A stretch of DNA of 64,000 nt, taken from positions 45,508,001 through 45,572,000 of the forward strand of contig OZ024745.1 of assembly GCA_964016885.1 (NCBI GenBank), read 5' to 3'. Position 1 is the first letter of the stretch; the number at the start of each line of letters is the position of its first letter. Below the pieces are notes generated by a model, which was not told the DNA's origin, did not search any database, and saw only the letters and a program-made list of their open reading frames with translations. This document shows, piece by piece, positions 41,925 through 56,552 of this stretch. The DNA is from Eledone cirrhosa. Its lineage: Eukaryota. Position numbers and translations under genes: made by a program.

Positions 41925-44023
41925 TATATACACGTATATATAAACGTCTTTAACGGATCTACCCGTGTATTTTTTATCGAGATGTTAAGTATATTGCTGA
42001 CATATTTTACTTATATATGATAATTGCTACTCCTGAAATGTTAAGTTGTCAGACAGTTGTTGTTGGCTGCTATTTCTAGTGGCAATTTTAGACTCGTCAC
42101 TTTGTCCACGATATACAAATATATATGCAATATTATACCCCCATGCTGGTTCGATTGCAGTACATGCTATTCAGTAACACATTAATATATCCTTTTAATA
42201 ATTGTTTCTACGTTAGGCACAAGGCTAGCAATTACCCAGTGTATTACTGGTACTCTCCCTTTAATAATAATCAGAACCTCCTCCGATGACTGATCTCTTC
42301 TGGCAGAATGGACCGCATTGATATATTGAGATGGTCAGGTCTGTTCATTTGCTCATGAAAGCTTTATGCTTCATAACTAAGACTCTACAGGTACAGTTCA
42401 AGTGGTGGGCTTCTAAATAGTCTATAAACGGGCTTCCAAAATATTCCGTAAATTCAAATTCATTCATAAGATAGGCTCGATCTATGGTAAATGACACTTG
42501 CTCAACATACCACGCGGTGGAATCAAACCCAGGACTTAATCATTGCAGAGCGAATTCGTAACCATTCATGCATTAACGTTTCATTCATATACATGGGGCC
42601 CTGCTAATCTTCTCTGTTTCACTCCAATTGTAGTCTGATACAATACACAATTATTGGTTTTATAAAACTACCAGATGTATCAGTAAGGGACATTTCCTGT
42701 CAGGCCACTTAGCAGACAGTATGTTGACAGAGAACTCTCTTATGTTAGTTCTATCAGAAATTGGTCATTATGAAATTGATGCTTTTATGTAAAGGCATTA
42801 TGTTAAATAAAATGTAATTCATGAAGTGCACAAGCATTATGAATGTGTTTTCACAGTTGCCTTAAATCCCAAACGTCTGCTTAGCTTCTCTTCCCCAATG
42901 ATATGGGCCTGGAATGTATGAAAGGGTGTTTTCTGGCGTGCAAGACTCCGGGTGCTGTCCGCCACGTGGTCTCAGCAGACTGAATGGAGAAAAGGTTATT
43001 CTGGAGGATGGCAAGAGAGTCGTTATTCCTTCTGTATTCACTATCACTTCAAACCACACACACGCACACACACACATTCCTATGTTTATAGTACTTTTCT
43101 TCCCCTGTCTTTAATATATCATCTACATATGGTATATATAAACAAATTAGTTATCTCATGCCAGACATACAGCATCGAAATGTCTTCCAGTGTGATCACT
43201 TTTAACGACTTCAAACAGTTATTCTCCAATATCTATCAATCACACTTGTAACATTGTCATCTCTACCTATGAAGAGTGTATAAATACAGCAATGGCAATA
43301 TTTACATATATCAGACCTCATATTCGTTGATTAACTCTCAAGGCGGCCATTTATCTATAACATAGACACAACTGCCTCGCAAAAGCTGAGCTTTCTTGTC
43401 AGTGAGATAAATTACTTCAGCACTGAACAGCATCTATATTTATACAACGCATATATGGACACTATATTTTGGAAACATTCATCTGCTTCACATACAAACA
43501 CAATAAACCCTAAGTAAAGGAAAGACGTCTGATATGTTGGCAAAGTCTTACACACTAAAATATTACGACCACAATGATTTTACTATGGCACTTCTAATGA
43601 TACTACACTATTTCCTCTTCTATACAGTAGCAGGTTTATTCGATTCTTCTGCTTCATTCACACAAACGCCGCTCCAAATCTCCGAAATACTTTCTCATAC
43701 CACCACGCAACCCCACCTAACCCCACGCCACTCCACATGTAAATTCCAAATTGCTTTCTAATTCAGCAAATATATTCTAACATCAATGGAAAAAAGGTGT
43801 AAATTTGATGTTTAGTTCCATAAAATTATATTAAGTGTATCATATATATAACATAATTGGAGAATAATCCCTCTTTTATAAAGCAGTTAGGGATCAAAAG
43901 GTACATTATTTTTAGCTAATTACTGATGATATTTGAGACCAACCGTTTACAAGTGGAATTGTATAAAATGAGATTCCTAAAAATTAAATGTCATTAGAAT
44001 ATATATTGCGAATAGATCGTACT

Positions 44024-44116
<93 letters not shown>

Positions 44117-44353
44117 CCACAATCAGTTAGACCACATTGGCTAAAATATAGGTTTTAAACAACTACATGTATCGCTGGAGAGTGTAAACTATTCCTTAGA
44201 CACAACCATACACACGCACACACAGACAACAGAACATATATTCATACATATACACAATATGTCTCTCCCATTCGCTTGTGGTCTACCAACAGGGTTACTT
44301 GTTGCATCTCCAGGTTACCTTTTCTTGTATCTTTTCTTCACACACACACACAT

Positions 44354-44418
<65 letters not shown>

Positions 44419-46219
44419 CGTGTGTGTGTACGTGTGTGTGTGCGCGTGTGTGTGTGCGTGTGTGTGCGTGTGTGCGTGTGTGTGTATGTGTTAATTTCAT
44501 GAGCAGGCTCTTCTGTTGATCGAACAACTGGATCAGGTGTCATCGAAACCGACGTAAGTCATTTGCATATTTGTTTAACTCTACACTCTTCCAAGTACTA
44601 CTCCCATAATTATCACTACTGATTCAACAAACACCCTAATGATTTCTACCATCAATAGCTCACAATAATATAGGATTTCTGGCTTATTGCGTTAAAAAAA
44701 GGAAGGCGCGTGGTTAAGAGCTAGATTCTTGGAGGCACGGTCTGTCCTTTGATAAAATTCTTTATTTTACGATACTCCGGTCCATTGGGCTGGCAAAGTT
44801 ACCTTGTTTCACACACTGTATTGCGCTGAATTTCCCGAAAATTTACGTTAAATGCACAAGTGGTTCCGTTGTTCATACAACTGGAACACCTGTCGCCGGA
44901 TAACGACAAAGGTCCAGCACACACGTTTTCATTAATTGGTAAATAACTTTTTTTTTTCATTCTGACGTTAACGTAATAAATATATATATATAATATTTAT
45001 CATTAAGCGTTAGACTTTTCAATCCTTGGAGCATATTTTCGCAATGTCTGATGTTAGAATAAATTTCCCCTGGGAATATACAAAGTTAAATATAAGCATA
45101 TTAATTGAACATTAAATTTTCATTAACCAATATTACAAAGTTAAATATTTCCAGGCGGTGTTTGGTTTCAGACATCGAGTGTATTGTTGAATAGAAACAA
45201 CCCTCAAATGCTAATGATGTGCAGTGAAATTGTAATTAATTATATTGAGTATTTAGTTTACTGATATCATATACTGTTGTAGTCAAATTTCTGAACATTT
45301 ACTCACCAAAATATCTCTAAATTATCTAGCCATAAATATAATAACATCTTTTTTCTTATAATACAAACAGATAATATTTACGATTATTGAAATGTTTAAT
45401 ATTACAACTTTAACACAATATTATATTTCTTTACATTCATCATGCTGTCAGTCTAAATTTCTCTCATCAATGCCATTGTAAACAGCTATCTGTTTACACA
45501 TATAACTTTAATCAATTAACTTTTAGTTATGACTAAGTGCATCACATTTAACGTTTTAACTTATTCAGGCTACAGTTTATTTACAAAATGTATCATTCTT
45601 TGTATGAAATTCACTCTCCTCATCGCTCCTTCTTCTTACCTATATAATTGCAAATAAATATAACCAATTACTTTGGGCGAATGTATATTTTCGCCATTCT
45701 GTTAGACTCAGCTGCGGTCTCTATTGCTTTGCTAACTGATCCAAACACTAAAATACTATTAGAATTTCTCTATTCCTGCACTGAGGACATACGCCTCAAT
45801 ACAAAGTTTAACTCATATACTAAACGATTTAAGTGCTCATAACAATTTGAGGCTCAATTACTCATTCAATATTAACACTGCTGGAATAAAGAATCAAACA
45901 TTTGTCATTTAGATTTGTTGTAACGCATTAATCTACCATCATACCCTATACCTTAGCTGCACACTCTTAGATACTCTTGATATCCTCTCTTATAAACAAA
46001 AAGCCTTCATGTTTTTTCAACTTCAAATTCTTAGTTTCTCTACCCTGAGAACTATTCGATCGTTACATTCATATGTCCTCTCATATTACCAAAGTTCTAT
46101 GATTCCCAAACGTTTGAATATTAACATTAATATCACCAGCCTTCTCTGTTTTATGATAGAATCATAGATTATTTAAAATTAAAATCTAAATATCATTTAA
46201 ATTTACTTATCTTTTTCAG

Positions 46220-46431
46220 ATCCATTTTTGTTGGTGATGGAATTTTGTGAAAATGGCACCCTAGTAAATTACCTTCGAAACCATCGGCCTGATGGAGCTC
46301 AAATAGGTGACGATCCGAATAATACAGGTGATGAGTCACCTCCTGGATTAACTGTATCGATTACAATCAGAGATTTACTTTCTTTTTCGTGGCAAATAGC
46401 CAAAGGCATGGAATATCTCGACGATATGAAG
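46220..46431 (+). CDS. RET-like: RET-like receptor tyrosine kinase, kinase exon C (hinge, kinase insert, alphaE)
   Basis: ttttcag|AT CCA...ATG AAG|gtaaga, 212 nt, phase 1-0; (D)PFLLVMEFCENGTLVNYLR...TIRDLLSFSWQIAKGMEYLDDMK. Confidence 0.92.
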
Positions 46432-47112
46432 GTAAGAAAGTTGGTACAATTTTATCGGATATAAGGTGGCTGCTTATCTATACAAATTTTATCTTTGCTA
46501 TTTTCTATATACACGGTACTAAGTACTATAGGGAGGGTCCAAGTATCAGTATAATCAACTCTAGCATATTTATGTTGCATATCTTATCAATTATAGGAAA
46601 TGAAAGATATAATGGTCCTCGAAATAGATAGGATAATACAACATTAGATTTTATCTACTCTATCATTTCTATTACCTTGATTGTTATAGTTCTATCATAT
46701 GTCAGGACAATTAAGTTAGAAATATCATGACGTGTTTTAGATCTAAGCTTACCTGAATTAAACCAAGCATCCGATATGCAACACAATAGATACCACATCT
46801 AATTGCATTATTCATATGTATGATGTAAATTTGAAACATCATTTAAAAAACAAAAACATGAATATATTCTGATGTGGTCACCACAGGAATCCACAACGTA
46901 CTACACATTACGGAAGGTGTACATTTTGATTGGATTTTGCACATGCCATTATTGCACTTTCACTCATTACATATGTGTGGCGAAAACGGCATGTAAATTG
47001 TGGATATAATTAATTGACTAATTAATTTAATCAATTGGTATACTATCTTTCTTAATCGAAACTTTCGTCAAAATAAATGATTTTAAACGAATAAAGTCTT
47101 GGTTACTCTGAA

Positions 47113-47251
<139 letters not shown>

Positions 47252-47276
47252 TGTAATAAACAACATAAGATAATTA

Positions 47277-47337
47277 TTTCATTTACCAGTGGTTTCTTGA
47301 AAGCAAACAAAATTTGCCTTCAATCATCAGAATGAAA
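47277..47337 (-). ncRNA. type I hammerhead ribozyme (mirror copy)
   Basis: Reverse complement of 47361-47421, with helix III loop ACT instead of ATT. Confidence 0.72.
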
Positions 47338-47360
47338 AAATCCTGGTGTCTCCAGGATTT

Positions 47361-47421
47361 TTTCATTCTGATGATTGAAGGCAAATTTTGTTTGCTTTCA
47401 AGAAACCATTGGTAAATGAAA
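47361..47421 (+). ncRNA. type I hammerhead ribozyme
   Basis: TTTCATT-CTGATGA-TTGAAGGCAAA ttttg TTTGCTTTCAA-GAAA-CC att GG-TA-AATGAAA: 7-bp helix I, intact core, GUA cleavage triplet. Confidence 0.82.
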
Positions 47422-47514
47422 TAATTATCTTATGTTGTTTATTACATAACTATTAAGCTCTGTAGCCTACATAGAGCACTCTTTTTTCCTGGACTTATCC
47501 GACGGAATTACTTG

Positions 47515-47553
<39 letters not shown>

Positions 47554-47743
47554 AGGTTTGTTGGTTCACCACTGGATAGAACTGGTCATTCCGTATGGTC
47601 AATCCTGATGTAATATTGTGAAGAGTACACAACGCAGTGCAGTTCACCCATCTTCGTTTGTGTAGTTGGTGGTGCGAATACGGAGTTAATTATAAATGAA
47701 GTAACAGGAGGCTGGACTGGTGTAAATCCTTGAAAGGTTTATT

Positions 47744-47801
47744 ATACTATGATCATTTCAATGACCGGGTTCCATATGAATCCGGTGATATCATCAGGTA
47801 T
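47744..47801 (-). ncRNA. type I hammerhead ribozyme (mirror copy)
   Basis: Reverse complement of 48691-48748. Confidence 0.72.
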
Positions 47802-48690
47802 TGGAATATAACAAAGGAATATGTAAAAAGCTATGTGTCCGAGACAGAGACAGAGAGGGCGGCTGACCAACTAGCATCACAGCCAGCCGCCCTCAAAGTG
47901 TTGGCAACCGAAAAACTACCAGTGAACATCTGGTAAGGGGGTGCAGGCCTATCATGTACTACCACCACTCCGTCAAAGAAGAAGGGGAAGAAAGAAAGGG
48001 AGAAAGAAGTGTAGTGTAAGAGTCAAATTACATTCATGTTAGAAAATGCCGCGAAAAGAATGCTACCCAAAGAATCTATAGTGGGTGTCTGTATGGTCTA
48101 ATGTGTGCACCGAAGATTGAAACGCTAAACTTATGTTGCGAGTTATAGGATGAAATAAATTAAATTAAAAATATTATATTGCAAAATGGTAAATTGAAAA
48201 ATAGAGGTAGCGAGATTTATTTATTTAACTAACTTACGGAGAGAGTCTTATATGAAAAAAATTTTTTTAACTCGATAAGCTATTAGGATGGGATATAGAG
48301 TAAAGATTTCGATTGGGAGTCCCAGCCAGCACACCCAGCCAGCACACCCACCACCATGAGTCAGCCAGTCTCGAGTGGTATCGTCCAGCGAAAGAAATGG
48401 AAATTCATTTTTCCGAGTACTCTAGGAACGTAACTAACTTTGGCCCCAGGATCGCTGCGGGAACCCCACAATCTCGACAGGCCATCGTCTATACCACGAA
48501 TACTATTAAATCACACATTAGGGGTTTATTTACGTGTCAATCGAGGTAAGATACAGCTAATAGTTGTGCCCAAACCTGGAGTTTGTAGGTACAGGTATAA
48601 TTAGACGGCCAAAACTTCTCTGTCTTTGGTTTCTCGGATCCATGGTTTTTCGGACCCATGGCTTTTTACATATTCGTTTGTTATATTCCA

Positions 48691-48748
48691 ATACCTGATG
48701 ATATCACCGGATTCATATGGAACCCGGTCATTGAAATGATCATAGTAT
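48691..48748 (+). ncRNA. type I hammerhead ribozyme
   Basis: ATAC-CTGATGA-tatcACCGG...CCGGTcatt-GAAA-TGATCA-TA-GTAT: helix I ATAC/GTAT, palindromic helix III ATGATCAT. Confidence 0.78.
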
Positions 48749-48800
48749 AATAAACCTTTCAAGGATTTGCACCAGTCCAGCCTCCTGTTACTTCATTTAT

Positions 48801-48893
<93 letters not shown>

Positions 48894-49269
48894 TATATGT
48901 ATAGTATATTTGGCAATATACTGTATGTTTAATTAAAAACATTTAGAATACCATACGATATCGGTTTTAAAGTAGTGACTATGTTACTTACTTCTTTTCG
49001 GCGAAAGAAGGGAGAGAAGCTCACAATCTGTTTCACGCTAGTTGGTGTTCATTAATGTCACGTACTCCCCTGCTTTCGCCGAAAATTATAGAAGCTTGAT
49101 CCTTATATTGCCAAATATACTATACATTGCTATTTCAGAGCACCAATCCTAATACCTAATTTTTGCTGGACCGGCAATCGCTCTGTACAATCAGCTCCTG
49201 ATTATTACTGGAATTCTATAAGAATCCAGCTTCTAGAATTTATATATATATATATATATATAATATAAC

Positions 49270-49348
<79 letters not shown>

Positions 49349-49400
49349 GAAAAGTGAAGAATATCATGGTGAACAGTACAAAAAAGGGATTTGTTTACAG

Positions 49401-49506
49401 TCTGACAATTGTTTCACTGATTAAGTTGTCCAAAAATTTGCTGAACACTTGAAGCAGTGCCACTCAATTTCAAATACGTTGTTATAATTAACCAGATCAT
49501 CGGAGA
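49401..49506 (-). ncRNA. hammerhead-like motif, mirror copy in the inverted pLTR
   Basis: Reverse complement of 52700-52803, same CCGATGA core. Confidence 0.55.
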
Positions 49507-52500
49507 TAACTGTTATAAGCTCGGTAATTTTACGAATTCAAATTATTATTAATATTAATAATAAAGAAAGACACTACATAGAATGTCCTTAAAAACATAC
49601 CTATACCTACAAACAAGGAATATACGCTCGGTATGATACAAAGAACTAATGACTTTATCCGTAAAATCCGATGGAAAGCATATCATCACGATAAAGGACA
49701 ATAATAATGATAGAAATGATGGGTCTACCAGTGAAAAATATGGGTTCAAATCCTGTAAAAATCCACCGAACAACCTACAACTTGATGCCCTTGAACTTGA
49801 CCTCATGAATATGATAAAATAAACTAAATTCAAAAAACGAACGCATCATAACAAGCTGCAAAATAACATCAATGCACTACTAAAAAAATTGCGTAACACC
49901 AACGGTATTATAGTAAAGGCAGACAAAACATCAAATGTATACACCATGAGCCTTAATACATACAACAACTTTATACGCCGGGAATTACATAAAAAATACA
50001 AGAAAACTACTGAGTCTACACTCAATAACATTAACAAGGAAGGACTTAACATAGTAAAAAGACTTAAAATATCTCATAGAACCGAACCCCTAACCCCCTT
50101 GTAAACCCACTTTTAATCTGAAGGATCATAAATGCAACTTCGAAACTGACCCTACTATTAGATTAATATGTCCGTCAAAATCAGTTTATACTAGATAGAA
50201 TAATACCACAAATTAAAGAAAAACTAATAATTAAGCTCTGGGGTAACACTAATGAAGCAATAGATTGGTTTAGTAAATTAGACAATAGAGAATCTTCCGA
50301 CTTCATACAATTTGACATTATTGACTCTTCTATTTCCCCAGAAACCCTAAATAAGGCACTATCCTTTGCTAAAAAAACTCTGACCTATCACCAGAGGAAA
50401 TTAAAATAATACTAGCTGCTAGAAGAACAATCATTAGGTTCGATAATAGTTACTGGGAAAGAAAAAATAGACAAAATAACTTTGATATCACTATGGGATC
50501 GAACGCTTCAGCCCAAGTTACGGACATTGTCGGAATATGTAGCACAAATCTTACATAAGGAATTTGATAACCTACAGGGAGGAATTTATAGAGACGATAC
50601 ATTACTTTTAGCTAAAAACCTAAATAATCAAAACATAGAAAGATTACGGAAAAAGATTAGAACATTCTTTAATAAATTAGGCCTTAACATCACTTTTGAA
50701 CTCAACTCTAAAAAAGCTAACTTCTTAGATGTATCGCTTAACCTAAACACTGGACTAATAGAAGCCTTCCATAAAAATAATGAAAATTTAGCTTATATTA
50801 ATTATAACTCTAATCACCCTCGATCCATAATTAACTCCATAGCACAAAGTATATCCCTTAGAATCTCGCGCTTATCTTCTAATCTAGAGATTTTTAACGA
50901 ACACGCTAACTACTACAACATAGCTTTACTTAAGGCAGGCCATAAAGAGAGACTCAAATACATACCAGATACAAAAAATAACAACACACGTAATAGAAAT
51001 AATACTACCCACACATATAGAAGCAACAAATCTAGGACTAAACATAGAAATTGGCAACAAGCACGATAATTAATTGAACAGAATACTAATATAAAGACCA
51101 CTAGAAATTATAGAAGATGCAGAGATAGAAAGTACTTATGGTTCAATCCAATATTTAACTCCTCTATAAAAACAAAACTACCTTATACTTTCTTTAAATT
51201 AGTTGACTAAAATTCATAAATATAAAATCTTTAATAGAAAAACTATCAAACTATCATATTCCACTGCCAACAACATAGAATCGTACATACATAAAATTAA
51301 CTATAAGAGAATTTATAATACAAGTAGCCCACAAACAAGTACCATAACACCAAATATAAAACACAAGCACATAACATCATCACAACCAAACACACGTCAG
51401 AACACATCACCACAATACATCAACAAACCCAATTCTCAGCCCATACATAACAACATACAAAACCATATCGAGGAACCGGCACATAGGAAGGCATCTAAAT
51501 GTAACTGTCATCTACCTGATAAATGCCCATTACAAAATAGATTCCTGGAGTCAAATATAGTGTACCTATGTACTATAAATTCAGGCAGCTTAGCATGGAA
51601 CTACATAGGTTCCATAGCGGGGGAGTTCAAGAAATGGTGGTATGTCCATAGCCACTCTATGAAAAAACAGGAAGCTCATGAATACAACAACACTCGCCAA
51701 TAAAATCTGGCAACTCAGAGATGCAAACCTAGAATACAAAATCAGCTGGACGAAGTTATCAACGGCAATAGCCTATAAAATTGGCATGTCCCACTGTGAT
51801 CTTTGTAATATGGAGCTTTTCCAAATTTTAAAATACAACAAAATGCTACTTAACAGTAAAATTGAAAGAACTATTTTCTGTAGGCATAAAACGGCGACCA
51901 AATTTGAGAACTTTAGACCAGCTTAATTCATCCAATCTATTCCATAACTCAAATTGTACCACTTAGATCTAATATAACATCCTATTATTATCATTATTAT
52001 TATAGTTGTCATCATCTGTCAATGAACCAACATCATAACCTCTTAGATTTTATCTTAATATTTTATATATCTCTATCTTTCACTTTCTATCTTTCTATTT
52101 CTCTCCTTAAATTTATTTCATCTCTGGCATTTTATTTTATTTTATCTCATCATATTATTTTCACTTCTAATATAACTTACAACTAATTAATCAAATAATT
52201 AATTAATTATATAATTAATTTATTAAAATAACCAATACACATATAAATATATTTAACATTGTCATGTTTATACCTTCGTATTTTAACCACCAACACCATA
52301 ACCATTATCAATAATCTTACTATGTTTACTTTTCTTCGCACATATAAACATTTTTTATTTATTTATTTTCATATTTTGTATTGTTTTGTATCATCCTCGA
52401 TGTAACTTGTTTATTAGTATTTATTCATTTATTAGCCTTTATTCATTTATTGTTGATATCATTATTTTCCATTTATTTTTCTGTTTCTTTACCTTTATTC

Positions 52501-52699
52501 CTCCTTTATCCTTTTCTCTCCTCCTTTCTCTCTGTCTTTTTTTCTCTCTATATCTTTCTCTGTTTTCCTTTCTCCTTTTTCTTTTTTCTTTCTTTCTTTT
52601 CTCTATCGCTCTTTCTTTTCTCTCTCTCTATCTTTATTATTAATATTATTAATGATGCTGTAATTTGAATTCGTAAAATTACCGGGCTTATAGCAGTTA

Positions 52700-52803
52700 T
52701 CTCCGATGATCTGGTTAAGCTAACAACGTATTTGAAATTGAGTGGCACTGTTTCAAGTGTTCAGCAATTTTTAGACAACTTAATCAGTGAAACAATTGTC
52801 AGA
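52700..52803 (+). ncRNA. type I hammerhead-like motif with CCGATGA core and long helix II insert
   Basis: TCT-CCGATGA-tCTGGTTAAG...CTTAATCAGt-GAAA-CAATTG-TC-AGA. Palindromic helix III, GUC triplet. Confidence 0.62.
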
Positions 52804-52985
52804 CTATAGATAAATCCCTTTTTTGTACTGTTGACCATGTTATTCTTCACTATTTCAATTTTATTACTCCAAGATAAACTTACATAGAAATACAAGAGAA
52901 ATCATAAACGCCGTACGCTAAAACTATCCATAATACGAAGTATTCATAACCTTTAACTGAATTACCTATAACAACAGTTGTTATT

Positions 52986-53049
<64 letters not shown>

Positions 53050-53056
53050 ATTTATA

Positions 53057-53148
<92 letters not shown>

Positions 53149-53391
53149 GTTAAAAATAATATACGAATGTTAAGTTGCCATAATTTCTTTATTATGTAAA
53201 TAGCCATAATATACATTGCCTGTGCATGTATTACATAAGATGTAGTCGGAAGACATCGTGCCAGGAATTGCGTTTTAGGATCATGGCGTAACGATGGTTA
53301 AAAACATATCCGTTATTTATTGAATGCAGAAGCCATGTATATATATATGTATTGACAGTGTAAAATAATTCAATTTAATTTCCTTCTACAG

Positions 53392-53520
53392 CTGGTACAT
53401 GGCGACCTGTCAGCCCGTAATATTTTAGTCAGTACTGGAGGAGTCATTAAAATCTTCAACCTCAGACCTCCAGATGTTCTTGCTGCCCAACTCGCAACTA
53501 TCACAGGGAAGACATATAAG
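53392..53520 (+). CDS. RET-like: RET-like receptor tyrosine kinase, kinase exon D (catalytic loop; DFG replaced by NLR)
   Basis: ttctacag|CTG...TAT AAG|gtaaga, 129 nt, phase 0-0; LVHGDLSARNILVSTGGVIKIFNLRPPDVLAAQLATITGKTYK. Not in the ORF track. Confidence 0.88.
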
Positions 53521-55294
53521 GTAAGACAGCTACATCCAATAATAATCAAACATTGATATAATGATGGTGGTAAAATTGATGAAAATATAATTGTCAGCTT
53601 TATGAATATAGAGGCACAGATAAAATATATCAAATTGTTTGTCAAATGTACACACACACGCACGCACACACACACATACACACCCACACCCACACCCACA
53701 CACACACACTCACACACACACACACACACATACACACACACACATATATATACAGGTGTGTGTGTCTGTATGATAACTGCGACTTCTTCACAGATGACGG
53801 TCATCTCCTCAGCGAATTCCCTGCTATTATGAACCAACGCCAACTGCAGTCTGTTAGCCAGTTTGATAACTGAACTGGCTTTGTTCAGGTCACATTTTAT
53901 AGGCTCTTCTCATGTGGCATAGGTGATCAGAGCGTCCCCAAAAGGGGCTACTCAGACGCCCAAGACTCCACCAAAGCATGTTGATGTTTAGTTTAACAGT
54001 GTAGCGATGTTAGGAGAAGACTCATGCCACCCACTTGTGACTATGTGTTTCTAACCAGTCGAATCTGCATACGTTACCACTCCACCTCTGTAGGACTTGT
54101 GAAGAAATATCTGCACATAAAGATGGTAATGCTACGTGCTTGTGCTACACACATAGCACCCACTCCATCCCTGCAGCTATGTGTCTAGTGACAAGACAAA
54201 GCAAAATAACAGAACAGTTACGATGATCCCATGTGTTATTGTCATGGAGATTAACCTCTGCCATGGAATTTAGCCTCTCAGGGGCAACTTCCTTTCAAAG
54301 TATTTTCCGATTATGCGCCATTTTGACTGTATTAAATAACAGACAAGCACACAATCACAGAGTTTTAGTAGTATATAGATAGATAGATAGATATATGAAC
54401 TCATCTGAAACGCAAACTTTCATCTCCTAAAGAAATTGTAGGGGTGCTGTTATGAATTAGTTTTCTCCATCTGTCTCGGTCAAGTGTTGGATCTCGTGTT
54501 TCCGCAAATTATTTCCCAGTCCACTTTTTAATGATGTCTATCTATCTTTTTCTTTATCCATCTCTCCTTCTGACCACTTCCACTTATTCGTAAGAATAAG
54601 TAGTAAATCTAATCTTCTATGGAATTGGTTGTTAAATATTACAAATTACAATACTGATTTCACTTTCTTGGCACTATTTACTGGTTTTGTTGATTATAAT
54701 GTAGCATGATGAGGAGCCGTCTTTAAAAGTTTTAGGCGTTGATTCCGGCCCCAGTATTATAACAATCATCCATATTTATTGAAACGCTATGTTATACATT
54801 TTGACATAACGCTGATTTTTACATCGAGTAGTAATACTGACTTAAGAATACGATACTTTTATTACTCATATATATAATGGTTATACATAAGCGGTTGGTT
54901 ATTTACATGAACATTTCATTTATGATGCAATATACAACCCCGACAATGGATTTAGATATATGACGATAATATTCCATATCATAGGTTATAAAACTGCTAG
55001 ATATAGACATTATTAATCGAGCATATTCCGTGTGGAAAATAAAGATATATTTTGTATCTTATAACGTCATATATTTGATTATTATTAACTAAATGTACAC
55101 AAATGAGATATATATTTAGTAGCAACTTGGGAAGTGACGTTATTTCACAGTGCTACATCATTCCACAACTGGGATTCCTTTAAATGATACACAGAAACTG
55201 GTAGAAAGAGCGAAATACATATACGTTACAAATTCTATATTATAACCCTTAGACTCTTTAAGAATTGTTGAATTGGCCGAAGTGTTACAGGCAC

Positions 55295-55331
<37 letters not shown>

Positions 55332-55340
55332 ACACACACA

Positions 55341-55385
<45 letters not shown>

Positions 55386-55731
55386 GTGTGTACACATATA
55401 TATATACACATACAAGCGCATATGTATCTACTTACGTATGTATGTATGTACATATGAATATATGTACGTACGTATGTATGTATATATGTATTATGGATGT
55501 GTGTGTGTGTGTGCGTGTTTAATATTCACATAAAGATACGCAAATCTTTTAAAAAAATACTCGGAAAAAAAATAATAATTGAATACAAATAGCTAGTTTA
55601 ACATTTTAATCCTCGACGGAACCTGTCGATTGACAGACACTCTGAAGTACTGGAACACTATCTTGGTTGATTGCCAGATACCCTGTCAGTTCAGTCCAGG
55701 GTTTAGGCAAGAAATTAACCAATAGCGTTTG

Positions 55732-55794
<63 letters not shown>

Positions 55795-56552
55795 AAAAAA
55801 CAGAAAAGGAAAAGAAAAACACGAAATCAATGTTGTTTTCTTTAATTTTTTTCTACCTCAAACTAATTTCAAATTAGTTATTTATAATATAGAGTAGCTT
55901 GTAGAAAGATCAGTGTGAGGAAATGCCGTCAATAAATGCATGATGAAGCTTTCCGTCTATGTTTGAGACAGTCAGCTGAACGGTAACACCTTTCACTATA
56001 TTTTCTTAACATTCCGGCTAGATAAAATAGCTGTTAGATTTTTGTAAGTTAATTAAACGGATGAGGCCAATGGCGTTGGTGATTTCAGTTTCTCTCAGAC
56101 TAGTGAGATTGAGTTGGTTGATCTAAAACAGCTTAAATATTTCTAGGTCAATATTTGCAGACAAAAAAAGAAATAAATAAAAAATGTTTGTGGGAGGATG
56201 TGTTCAAGAGGTGAGCATTATTCAGAACAAGAGACCGGGCGAATATATGTGCAGACGAAGGGTATGAAGACAAGTGTATCAGTTGAATGGAAGAAACGTG
56301 TTCGTTGAGTGCATATCAGTAGATGGGGTCTGGTGAGATCTAGCTCATAATTGTAGTATAGGGAAGAAAAAACAACGAGTATTGGAACCTATTGTTAAAT
56401 GAATTTTTGCCAACCATTCAAATGTTCCCAGGGAGTCTTGAGTGTTATAGTTAGCAGTACAACAATGGGGTTCCTACTTTACTTTATAGAGAGTCTACAA
56501 CTGATAGCATCTAAGATATTTTATGATATACAAACACATACATATGTCTATA

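Larger units (their letters stand above)
47692..48800 (+). mobile_element. non-coding element with ~125-bp inverted terminal arms (47692-47815/48675-48800), each carrying a hammerhead
   Basis: Reverse-complement match of the arms. No PLE ORF in the ~860-bp spacer. (TA)n at the right end. Confidence 0.78.
49345..52990 (+). mobile_element. near-complete, frameshifted Penelope-like element with inverted 5' pLTR (49345-49570 mirrors 52625-52860)
   Basis: IIVKADKTSNVY, QFDI, GGIYRDD, NFLDVSLNL, YINYNSNHP, CNC...CPL, NIVYLC...NYIGS, CDLCNME. Confidence 0.9.

Noticed and set aside
44505-44562. CTGTTGA...GAAACCGACGTA hammerhead-like string; similar weak cases at about 14400-14440(-), 29487-29510(+) and 63576-63620(-)
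   Set aside because: Core or helices too degenerate to support a call.
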